Origin: a virus
Taxonomy: Duplodnaviria > Caudoviricetes
Length of the DNA: 64,000 bases
Direction: 5' to 3' (one strand)
IMG/VR virus record: IMGVR_UViG_3300031992_004562
Coordinates: 47,626-111,625 of that record
Of this stretch, positions 22,290 to 32,800 are shown one piece after another. The notes under the pieces are model-generated. The model was not told where the DNA came from. It made no database searches and saw only the letters and a list, made by a program, of their open reading frames with translations. A program made the position numbers and the translations under genes. Position 1 is the stretch's first letter. Every line of letters begins with the position of its first letter.

Positions 22290-23528
22290 TTATCGTCTAA
22301 CTGAACCAGAACTTCTAGAACCACCACTTGATCTTGAGCCTCCTGAATATCCACCACCTCTACTTGAACTTCCACTGCTTGGTCTTGAGCCACCATATGA
22401 ACCAGATGGTCTTGAAACTGAACCACTTGACCTATATGAAGACTGTGTAGGTGTACTTTGTCTAGTAGGCATACTAGTTGTTCGTGTTGAAGTAGATGAA
22501 CTTCTTTGAACAGTTGATGTTTGTGTAGTACGTGTAGGAGTGTCTGTTCTATTAATATTTGTATTTGACGTACGTGTAGGTTGTTGTATTCTTGAAGAAC
22601 TTTGAGTATTTGTACTTCTTTGTGTAACACCTGTACTTCTTTGTGTAGAAGTTGTCGATGTACGTTGTGTAGAATTTACAGATGTTCGTTGAGATTCTGC
22701 TGAACGTGTTGATACTGTATTCCTACTATCAAATGTTCTGGCTGAATTAAAATTAGGTTGCCTTGCTGAACCATCTCTATGGGATACACCTGTTCTCTTT
22801 AAATCACCTGCATTTCTATATCCAGTATTTCTTACACTAAATGAATTCGTTGGATGTGCTGTTGCATAATCTCTACGTGTTACTCCACTATGTATTGTAT
22901 TATATCCATGATGTGGATGGCGCCCATGATGGAATGAACAATAATGATGGTGATGATGGAATCTATAGCATCTATCCCAGTACCATCTATATGTGTAGCA
23001 AGGACGATAATACCACCATCTTGGATAATATCCCCAATACCAAGGAGATTCCCAACAATACCAATGTGATGACCAGAACCAATTATAAATTACAGGCTTA
23101 TAAATATATACCGGTTCAATAATATAATTTGTACCGTAGATATATTCATCACCAATAATTTGAACTGACACTTCTTGTGTCTGATTATCTTTTTCAACAT
23201 AGATAGATGCAACGTCTTGATATATGTCTTTTGCAAGAACAGCTTGAATAACAATTAATTTATTATCTGCTGTGCCTGCTTCAACAACTCTCAAATAATC
23301 AATTTGATTGTCACCATTCAGGTCAAGATTTGAAAATGCACTATCAGGATTATTAAGCATATTCTCAAATTGTTCTGTAGTACTTGCTTCTGCAAAAAGT
23401 TTAGCCACTACTCTAAGATCTAAACTTTGTGAAATGTCTTCACTATTAGCAGAAACGGTAATTGTCTCTTGTGCAAATGTTAATACTCCAATTAACATCA
23501 TTGCTAAATATAAAAATACTCGTTTCAT
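22290..23528 (-). CDS. Host-like (Bacteroidetes) secreted protein with EF-hand-like DLNGD motif and long S/T/R/G low-complexity tail
   Basis: Signal peptide MKRVFLYLAMMLIGVLTFA; DLNGDNQIDYL; W/Y/H-rich segment; no TAG. Confidence 0.8.
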   Translation of the reverse strand: MKRVFLYLAMMLIGVLTFAQETITVSANSEDISQSLDLRVVAKLFAEASTTEQFENMLNNPDSAFSNLDLNGDNQIDYLRVVEAGTADNKLIVIQAVLAKDIYQDVASIYVEKDNQTQEVSVQIIGDEYIYGTNYIIEPVYIYKPVIYNWFWSSHWYCWESPWYWGYYPRWWYYRPCYTYRWYWDRCYRFHHHHHYCSFHHGRHPHHGYNTIHSGVTRRDYATAHPTNSFSVRNTGYRNAGDLKRTGVSHRDGSARQPNFNSARTFDSRNTVSTRSAESQRTSVNSTQRTSTTSTQRSTGVTQRSTNTQSSSRIQQPTRTSNTNINRTDTPTRTTQTSTVQRSSSTSTRTTSMPTRQSTPTQSSYRSSGSVSRPSGSYGGSRPSSGSSSRGGGYSGGSRSSGGSRSSGSVRR

Positions 23529-23540
23529 AATAGTTAGGAT

Positions 23541-23819
23541 TTAATTTTTTAATATATTTTCTGGTATGTTTAACAATTTAATTAATTTTTTAGGCGCCGG
23601 ATGATAACAATCTGATTGATCGACTGTTAATGTTCCACCTTCCCAATCATCCCATTGTTGAGAAATTATTGGTTTACCACGTTTTTTAAAATACACATTC
23701 CACCATTGTTTATATGGTATTGGCTTATATGTACGATAATCATAATCTTCTGCCAATAATACGGCTGTGCCAAAATTATCTATAACAACAGTGTTCTTTT
23801 TAAAAATGTAATGTCCCAT
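23541..23819 (-). CDS. Hypothetical protein
   Basis: First ORF after early-promoter motif. Confidence 0.7.
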   Translation of the reverse strand: MGHYIFKKNTVVIDNFGTAVLLAEDYDYRTYKPIPYKQWWNVYFKKRGKPIISQQWDDWEGGTLTVDQSDCYHPAPKKLIKLLNIPENILKN

Positions 23820-23836
23820 ATATTTTAATGTTTTAA

Positions 23837-23880
23837 CGATACAAAATTAATATTTTTATTTTATAATAAAAAATAGAAGT
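23837..23880 (-). promoter_or_regulatory. Early promoter motif copy
   Basis: ACTTCTATTTTTTATTATAAAATAAAAATATTAATTTTGTATCG on minus strand. Confidence 0.7.
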
Positions 23881-23915
23881 TAATTTTTGATTATTTATTG
23901 TTTATAATTATATAC

Positions 23916-23933
23916 TACAAAAAGTGTGCCAAA
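23916..23933 (-). promoter_or_regulatory. Sigma-54 (RpoN)-like -24/-12 promoter
   Basis: TTTGGCACACTTTTTGTA: TGGCAC-N5-TTG(T)A with GG-N10-G spacing. Confidence 0.5.
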
Positions 23934-24028
23934 CTTTTTTGAATATTAATAAGAGATAATAAAATATTAAAAAATGAAAACTAGAACCTAAGCTCTAGTT
24001 TTCAAATAAAAATATTTAATATGAATTA

Positions 24029-24790
24029 TTAATTTACATTTTGATATGCAACTACAATAACTGTATAATATGAAGTAGTAGTTTGTTGTCCACCTTTAAC
24101 TTCTCTACTTATATATGATTGATTGCTAATTGTTTTAAATTGTAAAGCATATTTGTTAATTGCATCTTCACCATAAAGATGTTTTATATTATTTTCTGCA
24201 TCTTCCTGAGCCAATCTTTTAGCCTCACTTTCTGTATTTGCACAACCTACACCAGATGCAGCATAACGATTATCACTATCATCATCTAATGCATATAAAA
24301 CTTTAACAAAATCTGCTGCAGCTTGTTTTTTAACAGCTTCTAATTCTTCACCACTTTGTATTCCTCTTGCATGTGTCATATTAACAGTAGATGTTACCAT
24401 ACTATTACGAAGACTATCATCAAATTGTTGATTTGTTATTGCATTTGCAGAAAATGTACTTGATAATAAAGTTATTGTTGTTAAAACACCATATAAAGTT
24501 TTTTGACCTTTAGATGCAGCTTTCTTTACTACATCTGCAATAAATTTGCAAGATTTATTTCCAAATTTATTTTTAACTTTATTTAATGTTTTATTTAATG
24601 GCTCTTTAAATTTCTAAAAAATGTTTGTAGATTCACCTTCATTTAATGCAAATATATATGATAAACCATATTCTTCTAATAAATTTGCAGAAGATGATTC
24701 TTTATCCATTTCAGTTAAAGCTTTTTTGACTTCTTTGGCAACAGAAGTCATAATGCTTTCATATAATGCTTTTTTATTATAATTTTTCAT
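24029..24790 (-). CDS. Leader B + internal signal-like segment + LPP20-like domain, code 15
   Basis: MKNYNKKALYESIMTSVAKEVKKALTE; one TAG; KTLYGVLTTITLLSSTFSANA; YAASGVG..EAKRLAQEDA. Confidence 0.8.
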
Positions 24791-24807
24791 AATTAAAAAT
24801 TAATTTA

Positions 24808-25137
24808 TTATTCTTCATTATCATTATCAAATTCTTCTTCTGTCTCATCAAATGGGCCTTCCATTCCTGACAATATATCAGCAGCTTCACCTAAGCCATC
24901 TGCTAATTCACGAACATAATCAGATAATTCTTCATATGTTTCACAACTTGTGAAAGCACCACGACGGCATGATTCGACTTCATACTTCAAATCATAGATT
25001 TTATCTAAGACTTCAGTTAAGAAATCTAATTCATTCTCATCCCATCCATCCATTGTAGATTCATTAAGAGCTTTTTTAACATGGGTTGATACCGCTTTCA
25101 TAACGCTCTCAAATATTTTTTTATTTTCTCTAGTCAT
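24808..25137 (-). CDS. Leader B + acidic hypothetical domain
   Basis: MTRENKKIFESVMKAVSTHVKKALNE; ATG at 25137. Confidence 0.8.
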   Translation of the reverse strand: MTRENKKIFESVMKAVSTHVKKALNESTMDGWDENELDFLTEVLDKIYDLKYEVESCRRGAFTSCETYEELSDYVRELADGLGEAADILSGMEGPFDETEEEFDNDNEE

Positions 25138-25163
25138 AATTATATAAAAATATCTTTTTATTT

Positions 25164-25844
25164 TCAATCTTCACCTCTTTCCCATTGTTCATCTTTCCAA
25201 CGATCATACGCATCATCGTCATCATCATTGAAATATTCTTCATCGTAGTTATTATCTACGATTTCACTGATTTCATCAACGAAACAATCATCTAATTTAT
25301 TTTTAACAATTTCTTCTTTTGTTAAAACTGTATGATTATTATTGACATCTACGACATCTATTTCAACACCGGTAATAGTAATAGTATCAACTTCTCCATA
25401 TCCTCCCTCTGGTGGTTGATAGTAGTCGCCTGGACGATAAGGAACATAATCCCATGTAACATCAAAATCAACATTAATAGTTATATCTGAACATGGTACC
25501 TATACATAAATTGTTCCACCGCTCATTTCTGTATCTGAATCATAAATATAATTTTCATAATAAGAATATGCATTTGGATAGAATTTCTTATATTGTCTAG
25601 CCATTATAGACCAATCTATATTAGCAACAAAATTAATCAATTCATCTCTTGACATATTTTCAGCCAAAACATATTTTTCACCATCTCTGATTGTTTTGAA
25701 ATTTGCTGGCAATTCGTCAAAATGAATTGCATCCAATTCGGCTTCATGATAGCTAGAATATATTTTTTCTTCTTCCAATAATGCCTTTTTAACTTCTTTT
25801 GCTACAGCTGACATTATTGATTCATATAGTTCTTTTTTATTCAC
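25164..25844 (-). CDS. Leader B + acidic hypothetical domain, code 15
   Basis: GTG start, NKKELYESIMSAVAKEVKKALLE; one TAG at 25500-25502; ends TGA. Confidence 0.78.
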
Positions 25845-25883
25845 AATAATCCTATATTTGTTTTTATATTTATTTTTGTAAAA

Positions 25884-25920
25884 AAACATTTTTGGGTTAC
25901 TATGTTATAATTAATAAATA
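25884..25920 (+). promoter_or_regulatory. Tandem middle (AAAC-N18-TATAAT) and late (AATAAATA) promoter motifs upstream of suppressor tRNA
   Basis: AAAC 25884-87, TATAAT 25906-11, AATAAATA 25913-20. Confidence 0.55.
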
Positions 25921-25930
25921 TTAAAAATAT

Positions 25931-26003
25931 TGCCCCATTGCATAATGGCAGTGCGCATGACTCTAAATCATGGTCAGTCTCGGTTCGATTCCGAGTGGGG
26001 CTG
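25931..26003 (+). tRNA. Amber suppressor tRNA (anticodon CUA), probably Gln-charged; CCA not encoded
   Basis: Cloverleaf: GCCCCA/TGGGGC acceptor, GCAT/GTGC D-arm, CATGA-CTCTAAA-TCATG anticodon arm, CTCGG-TTCGATT-CCGAG T-arm, G73. Confidence 0.93.
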
Positions 26004-26052
26004 CAAATAAAACAGATAAATTTTTATATTTATCTGTTTTAATTTTTAATAA

Positions 26053-26358
26053 ATGCAATTAACAAAAGAAAATATAGATACATATATTGGAGAAATATTT
26101 AGAAATCGTGGATATATGTCAACATCATCACAAAAAAATTCTCCATGGGGCAAAAGATGGAATGAATGGGAATTGTTAATTCATATTACGGGTGACACGC
26201 AATATATAGATATTAATAAGGTATTTACACCTGACAAGATAGATTGTGAAGAACAAAATGAATTATTACTTCCACGAAATACTTTACTTCGTTTAGATAG
26301 TTATAAAATAATGCGAAATAAGGAAAAAACTTATTTGCTTGAGATGTCTATAATTTAA
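26053..26358 (+). pseudogene. C-terminal fragment of a VIP2/Alt-like ADP-ribosyltransferase
   Basis: GYMSTS and EQNELLLPRNT motifs present; N-terminal Arg motif absent; in-frame TAA TAA just upstream. Confidence 0.6.
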
Positions 26359-26375
26359 AACAAAGTTTAATTTTA

Positions 26376-26741
26376 ATGATAACTTTTGAATATAATGGAA
26401 AAATTTATAAACCTTCAAATCTTGAAAATAAATTGAAAAAGTTAGGTATTACAATAAATGATGTAAAGATTATTGATGATACTAAAACAAATGCAGAAAA
26501 AGAAAGAGAAGAAAGAAGCCAACAAATTTCTAATAATGAAGAAACTGTTGATGTTTATTGGGATAATAGATGTAAAGGCTGGTTTCTCGTAGATAGAAGA
26601 TTTCCATATTCAACAGATTGGGGAATAAGATTTTTTCAAGAAATTGAAAATGGAAGATATAAATTAGTTCAACATGATGTAAATAAAAATAATTTATATG
26701 AGTTTTTTGAAGAAAATTTTAAAAAGGTTATAGCTATTTGA
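26376..26741 (+). CDS. Hypothetical protein
   Basis: 121 aa ORF. Confidence 0.7.
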   Translation: MITFEYNGKIYKPSNLENKLKKLGITINDVKIIDDTKTNAEKEREERSQQISNNEETVDVYWDNRCKGWFLVDRRFPYSTDWGIRFFQEIENGRYKLVQHDVNKNNLYEFFEENFKKVIAI

Positions 26742-26791
26742 AGCAAATAAACTTTTTAATAATAAATAACATATAATAATTGATAATAGAA

Positions 26792-26866
26792 AATTCTTCT
26801 ATGACATCGGGATTGATTTAGATCCTTTGAGAATTGTTAAAGATTCAAAGATGCCGTAGAGAAGTT
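26792..26866 (+). ncRNA. Candidate structured 5' leader RNA (three-way junction)
   Basis: TCTATGACATC/GATGCCGTAGA outer stem enclosing GGGATT/GATCCT and TTTGA/TCAAA hairpins. Confidence 0.4.
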
Positions 26867-26889
26867 ATAAAAATAAATTTAAATGACTT

Positions 26890-27780
26890 ATGAAAAAGAC
26901 TAATTATTCAAACATTGCAGCTATTGCTGTTGACAAATCTCTCTTAAAAGAGTATCAAACTTCTTACGGAAGAACAGTTTATCTTGACAAAGATTCCGAA
27001 TTCCAAATTAAATTATTTAATCCTTATTCATTTACTGTTGGTGCTGAAATTATCATCAATGGTAAATCTCTTGGTGACACATTGATTATTAAACCTGGCC
27101 AATTAATTTGGTTAGAGCGTTATTTTAATGAAGCACGCAAATTCAGATTTGATGTTTATGAGGTTGACGCACAGGCAGAAGAAGTAAAACAAGCCATTAA
27201 AAACAATGGTGATATTGTAATAAAGTTTTATAAAGAAAAGGAACATGTAAGACGAGGTCTTGATATTTGGGCATCTAATGCACCAGTATATAATGGGTAT
27301 AATATTAATGGTACTACATATACTAATGGAATACCAGATATTTGTAAAAATATGACATTTAGTGCAACTGATATGGTTAACACTACATATACAAATAATG
27401 TTCCAGATGGTGCTCTTAGATGTGAACTTTCTGCATCAAGTTGTAATTATTCAAATTCACAACCAATTTCCCAACCTATAAGTAAAGGATTTGGTAATTT
27501 AAATTTAAATAAATTGCGTAGTGCTACAATGGATAGTGCTACAATGGAAACTGGCCGAGTAGAAAAAGGTGGTTATTCTGATCAAAGATTTATGACAGTA
27601 GATATTGATTTAGAATCTTGGCCATTTGTAACTGAAGAAATTAAGTTATTGCCTAAATCTCAAAAACCAGTTTATAAAGAGGACTTGGAAAAATTATATT
27701 GCCCACAATGCGGTCGTAAAGTTAAAACAAAATTTAAATATTGTCCATTCTGTGGTGGAAAACTTTAGGAAATATTCTAA
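26890..27780 (+). CDS. Hypothetical protein with C-terminal double zinc ribbon (ends 27768 if TAG is read as stop)
   Basis: CPQCG..CPFCGG; TAG followed by GAA ATA TTC TAA. Confidence 0.8.
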
Positions 27781-27831
27781 AAATATTTAAAATATTATAA
27801 ACAAAAATAGAGGCGGGTAATAAAATTATCA

Positions 27832-27875
27832 GCTTCTATTTTTCTATTTAAGATAAAAGTATTAATTTTGTAACG
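27832..27875 (+). promoter_or_regulatory. Early promoter motif copy, overlapping the upstream terminator hairpin
   Basis: GCTTCTATTTTTCTATTTAAGATAAAAGTATTAATTTTGTAACG. Confidence 0.7.
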
Positions 27876-27893
27876 AAATTAAAAGTAAAATAT

Positions 27894-28301
27894 ATGAACA
27901 AGTTACATTGTATTTATATTGATAGTGACTATCCAAGTCTTGGAAGGATGATTGAAAAGTTTGACAAAGGAATACTTCGTCCAGATGATGGTACTTTCAA
28001 TATTCCTTCTCAATTACATGGATTAAATGACGAATACTTATGGATTTTGTTGAATGGACGAATGATTCACATATTCATTGTAGATTGGGTTGACGAAGAA
28101 ACACATCAACATAGTCAATATACTAATGGAGAAGATATTGAAATCCTTAAAAGATTTGCATATGATCCTAATGCAGAATTTGCTGAAAAACTTGGTAGAT
28201 TATCATGTCTGGTAACGCAGTCTGTTATAAATCTTGATTCAATTGACAAAGAACGTGTAAAAACATTTTGGAATGACTATTATAATCATAATTTAAAATA
28301 A
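27894..28301 (+). CDS. Hypothetical protein
   Basis: First ORF after early promoter. Confidence 0.72.
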   Translation: MNKLHCIYIDSDYPSLGRMIEKFDKGILRPDDGTFNIPSQLHGLNDEYLWILLNGRMIHIFIVDWVDEETHQHSQYTNGEDIEILKRFAYDPNAEFAEKLGRLSCLVTQSVINLDSIDKERVKTFWNDYYNHNLK

Positions 28302-28308
28302 AAATAAT

Positions 28309-28593
28309 ATGGCTACAAAATTTCAAAAAGTATGTAATAAATTGAATAAGATTCTTGAGAATCGTCCTGAGAATCGTGAAGAATTTATTAATATGATCAA
28401 TGATATAATTGAAAAAGAAGTATTTAATAAGGGAGGTGATTTATATTGGGGTAGAGAATTATTCATTGATTCGAATTTTGACACTGAAGAGTGTAGAAAA
28501 AAGATACATCGAACTGATGTGATGTTTAGAGATACTAGAGATCCGGTTGAACATCCTGGAATTACACTTTGTTATAAATCAGAAGAAGCATAA
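28309..28593 (+). CDS. Hypothetical protein
   Basis: ORF in operon. Confidence 0.7.
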   Translation: MATKFQKVCNKLNKILENRPENREEFINMINDIIEKEVFNKGGDLYWGRELFIDSNFDTEECRKKIHRTDVMFRDTRDPVEHPGITLCYKSEEA

Positions 28594-28597
28594 GAAT

Positions 28598-28843
28598 ATG
28601 AAAACATTTGATTGGAAAAATGCAAAAGAGGAATTACCAAAAGAGGCATGTCATTATCCTGAGATTTGGTGTTCTCAACAAGTTTTAACGAGAAAAAAGT
28701 TTAAAACCAAAGAAGGCATTGAACGATATCATTATGAGGTTTGTATGTATAATTTTGATCATGGCGGAAGTTGGATGATTCTTAATAATCAGTTTAAATT
28801 CTATGAACCAGACGAATGGTGTGAACTTGAAATTTTTGCATAA
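28598..28843 (+). CDS. DUF551-like small protein
   Basis: MKTFDWKNAKEELP...PDEWCEL pattern; ATG at 28598. Confidence 0.55.
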   Translation: MKTFDWKNAKEELPKEACHYPEIWCSQQVLTRKKFKTKEGIERYHYEVCMYNFDHGGSWMILNNQFKFYEPDEWCELEIFA

Positions 28844-28860
28844 AAATAAAATAAACTAAT

Positions 28861-30168
28861 ATGAAAAAGGAAACATTTGACGAAGTTAAAAAATCTGGTA
28901 GATTGATTTATCAATATATTAGAGGTTCTCATGCATATGGACTTAATATTGAGACTTCTGATATTGATACTGGCGGTGTGTACATCACTACAAATGATGT
29001 TCTTCTTGGACTTCGTTCTGGTTATTGCGAGCAAATTGCAGATGCAAAGAATGATAATGTTTGGTATGAAGTTGGCCGTTTCCTTGAATTGTTAATGGCA
29101 TCTAATCCAAATATGTTGGAAGCATTATTTGTTCCTGAGAGATGTATTATTTACAAACATCCTGTAATGGATTATATTCTTGAGAACAAACATAAGTTTT
29201 TAACTAAAAAGGCATTTAATGCATTGGTTGGCTATTCAATTCAACAAATTGCCAAGGCCCGTGGTCTTAATAAGAAAATTGTTAAGCCGGTTAAGGTACG
29301 TAAAACACCTATTGATTTTTGCTATACCTTTAAAAATCAAGGTTCTGAGTCCGTAATGGAATTTTTGAATCGTCATGGTCTTAAACAAATCTATTGCGGT
29401 CTTGTGCATGTAGATAATATGGATCAGGCCTATGCAGCCTTTTATGACTGGGAACAACATATTCGTATGGAATGGAAAACCGCCGAGGAATTTGCAGATT
29501 TTCTTGTAGACGTAGTAATTAATGATAAAGAAAGTAAATTCATTGATAGCATTAAAGAAATGAATTATGACTTATGGTTCCAATTTATGCCACATATCAA
29601 ACATTGGACTGACGCTCAATACATTAGTGATGCTAGAGAACAATGGATTCGAAGGTATAATGAAATCAAACCCAAAGGCTATCATGGTATTCAAAAAGAA
29701 GATGGTTCTTCTAATGATGTACATCTTGATAGTGTAGTTAAAGGCGAAAAACCATTATTCCATCTTTTGTACAACAAAAATGGCTATGCATCTCATTGTC
29801 GAGAATATAAAGATTATAAAGACTGGGAGAAAAATCGTAACCAAGCACGTTATGAATCTAATCTTGATAAGAACTATGATTCTAAAAACATTATGCATTG
29901 TATTCGTCTTATTCAGATGGGCATTGAACTTGCAAAAACAGGTGAGCTTAATGTTGATAGAAGTGTAATGGGTGATAGAGAATTTCTGCTTGATGTTAGA
30001 AATCACAAATATGAATATGATTATTTGATTGATTACTGCGAACAGAAAAAAGCAGAAATGGATGAAGCCATTAAAACTACATCTCTTCCTGATGAAATTG
30101 ATAGGGAATTCGTAAATGAATTGCTATTAAGAGTACGAAAAGTATTTGATTATGCAGAAAATCGATAA
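28861..30168 (+). CDS. RlaP/YcgL-like nucleotidyltransferase (Pol-beta superfamily)
   Basis: RGSHAYGLNIETSDIDTGGVY, NPNMLEAL, YDSKNIMHCIRL. Confidence 0.88.
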   Translation: MKKETFDEVKKSGRLIYQYIRGSHAYGLNIETSDIDTGGVYITTNDVLLGLRSGYCEQIADAKNDNVWYEVGRFLELLMASNPNMLEALFVPERCIIYKHPVMDYILENKHKFLTKKAFNALVGYSIQQIAKARGLNKKIVKPVKVRKTPIDFCYTFKNQGSESVMEFLNRHGLKQIYCGLVHVDNMDQAYAAFYDWEQHIRMEWKTAEEFADFLVDVVINDKESKFIDSIKEMNYDLWFQFMPHIKHWTDAQYISDAREQWIRRYNEIKPKGYHGIQKEDGSSNDVHLDSVVKGEKPLFHLLYNKNGYASHCREYKDYKDWEKNRNQARYESNLDKNYDSKNIMHCIRLIQMGIELAKTGELNVDRSVMGDREFLLDVRNHKYEYDYLIDYCEQKKAEMDEAIKTTSLPDEIDREFVNELLLRVRKVFDYAENR

Positions 30169-30189
30169 GATTAATTTCTTATCGATTTT

Positions 30190-30981
30190 TTATTTCATTA
30201 AAACTGGTCTTACAAAAACACCATGTTCTCTTGCTATTGTATCAATACGTATTCTATTATCTTTTTCAATTTGCATACAATAATATAACCAATCAAACGC
30301 TTCAGGATATATATAACTTGTCATATAATATCCATAATTTAAATTTGTTAAGTTTACATTAATTGAATTTTCATTCTAAAGATACCCATGTATTGGAAAT
30401 ATTATTTCATTTCCATTTATTTTAGAGGTTAATTTACAAACATATAAATTTAAAACACCATTGTATGTATAATGAAAAGATTTTATTGTATTGGCTAATA
30501 ACTCTTCATATTGATCTATAGTTGGTACACAAATATTTACATGATATTTTTTATATAAATTGGAATTATATGCTGGGTCATCGCATAATTCTAATTTCAT
30601 TAATTTATCATCTTTATTATATTTAATATAATGATCTATAATATTTCTATTATTAATAGTTCGTTTTTCTAAAAATTTATACTATGTTGTTATTTTAGGT
30701 TTTAATTCACCAAATGCATAATAATCTCCATACCAATCAGCAGCTATTTCTAAATTATTAGGATTAACACCAAGATTATATTTTGACCACAACGTTTTAG
30801 ATGGAAGACCTAAATCGACAAAATTTTTCATTAACTCTATTTTATCATTGATGACATCATTTACATCTATAACATCATTACTCTAAGATATAGAATTATT
30901 ATCTTCCATATCTTGATAATCATCAAGTGCCAACTAAATACCTCTATTGACTGCCTCTAATATTTGTTTGTAATTTTGCAT
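30190..30981 (-). CDS. Leader A + DUF1566/FISUMP-like protein, code 15
   Basis: MQNYKQILEAVNRGI(Q)LALDDYQD..VDLGLPSKTLW..YYAFGE..GVFVRPV; 263 aa. Confidence 0.87.
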
Positions 30982-32438
30982 TATCTTAAAGTGTTGAATG
31001 ATTTTGCATAAACATTATATCCAAACATATATGCACAATTTGATGACGCATTAAATATTTCAAAAGGATTATTATAATTATCAATCACTATATCATTTGT
31101 AAGATTGATAGATGTATTACAGTTATTTAATATTGTAATATTTTTTACTGTGTTTATAGTGTTATTAAGTGTTAAATTATTTGATGAATTTATATATAAT
31201 TCATTAATATCATTAATATAAGTCGTAGCTGCAGCATTAATATTTATATTATTATCATTATTAATATACAAATTATTTAAAACAACACTATTTCCACTAA
31301 TATGAATATTATTATCATTATTTATTAGTGCATTTTTCATTACTGTAACAAGGCTGTCTGCATAAATAGTATTTTTATTTCCAATAATATTATTATTAAA
31401 CTATAATAATGGTGGATCTGCGTTTGTTTTTGTTCTTTTAATAAATATTGAACAATCATAACCAATATAATTATTTGATATTTCTCCACGACTAATAGCA
31501 TTATTTGAATAAAAAATTGGCATACATTTTGTTATATATGGGTTGGTTTTAATTATATTATTATAATAATCAACATTATTAAATGTTAAACGGAAACTAT
31601 CACCAGGATGTTTATATGTTAAATTACAAAAATCATATGGCGCTTCATTTCCACTACTATCTTTTAATAGTGTAATCTTTATTTCATATTTGGCGCCATT
31701 TTGAACTATATCATATGTTCCATAAACATTTAATGAATTTCCACTATGATCATACATATTATATAATTTACCATTAAATGTTGATGTATCATTTGCTTTA
31801 ACTAATAAACTTAATGAATTATAACTTAATGGACCACTAAAATTAAATCCAGGCATTGCCATACAACCATTAGTGTCTGTAGGTTCTGATTTATAATAAT
31901 CAGTAATTAAATAAAATTTATTTGGAATAAATGGTTTAGCATTTAATATCTATTTTAATGTTCCAACTGATGTATTTAACGCATCATATAATTTATTAAC
32001 ACTGCTATCTAACCCACCAATATGTTCATTAATATCATTAATTGACGCATTGAATAAATCACGTGTAGTATAATGTGTAAGAATTTCTGATAAATTATAG
32101 TTTTTAACATTTAACTATCTATATGTTGTTCCAGGAATAATATTTGTAGATATATTAGAAACAACAATATCTTCATTTGTATCTTTATCAACCAATTTAT
32201 AGTCTGGATATGGGCTTACTGAATATGTTGACCATGCTATAGATCCAATATTTGTACTTATATCAGGATCAATATTAACAGCAACTGGGAATCCAGAATA
32301 GACATACTTTCTTGCAATAATACTAGTATCATTATATTTACGTTCGACCTCATAATATAATGAAGTTAAATCTGTTGTTGGCGAAATATTAATACCACTG
32401 GCATCAATAAGTTGTAAACTTTTTGCGGTTGTTTGCAT
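30981..32438 (-). CDS. Putative tail fibre/structural protein with Asn-rich C-terminus, code 15
   Basis: Three ORF fragments in one frame joined through TAGs; paralog of 39336..40736. Confidence 0.72.
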
Positions 32439-32518
32439 AATTATAAAATTTAATCAATTTATTTCTATATTATTTATTTTTATTGAAACTTTTTATCATT
32501 TAAAGATATAATATTAGA

Positions 32519-32737
32519 ATGAAGAAATATCATGCACATAGAATAGATAAATGGATCTATGAATATAGAGGATTTAGAATTGAATGTGTGGGTTATTATA
32601 ATCCAGATCATAAAATTGCATGGGAAGCAGTTGACAAAGATGGATATGGATTTGCGCATGCATTTACATTAAAAGAATGTAAAAAGTGGGTAGATTATGA
32701 AATAGAAAAAAATCAAGAAAATAATGAAGAAAATTAA
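32519..32737 (+). CDS. Hypothetical protein
   Basis: ORF after AAAC-N17-TATAAT. Confidence 0.7.
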   Translation: MKKYHAHRIDKWIYEYRGFRIECVGYYNPDHKIAWEAVDKDGYGFAHAFTLKECKKWVDYEIEKNQENNEEN

Positions 32738-32780
32738 CTTCTATTTTTCTTATTAAAATAAAAATATTATTTTTGTAACA
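32737..32780 (+). promoter_or_regulatory. Early promoter motif copy
   Basis: ACTTCTATTTTTCTTATTAAAATAAAAATATTATTTTTGTAACA. Confidence 0.7.
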
Positions 32781-32800
32781 AATTTAAAAATTGAAATTAT

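Noticed and set aside
22112-23544. Alternative-frame and antisense ORFs over the secreted-protein gene
   Set aside because: Shadows of a low-complexity, higher-GC coding region; no start context or motifs
27520-27549. 15 bp tandem duplication (SATMD/SATME)
   Set aside because: Short in-frame duplication in a linker with no evidence of function
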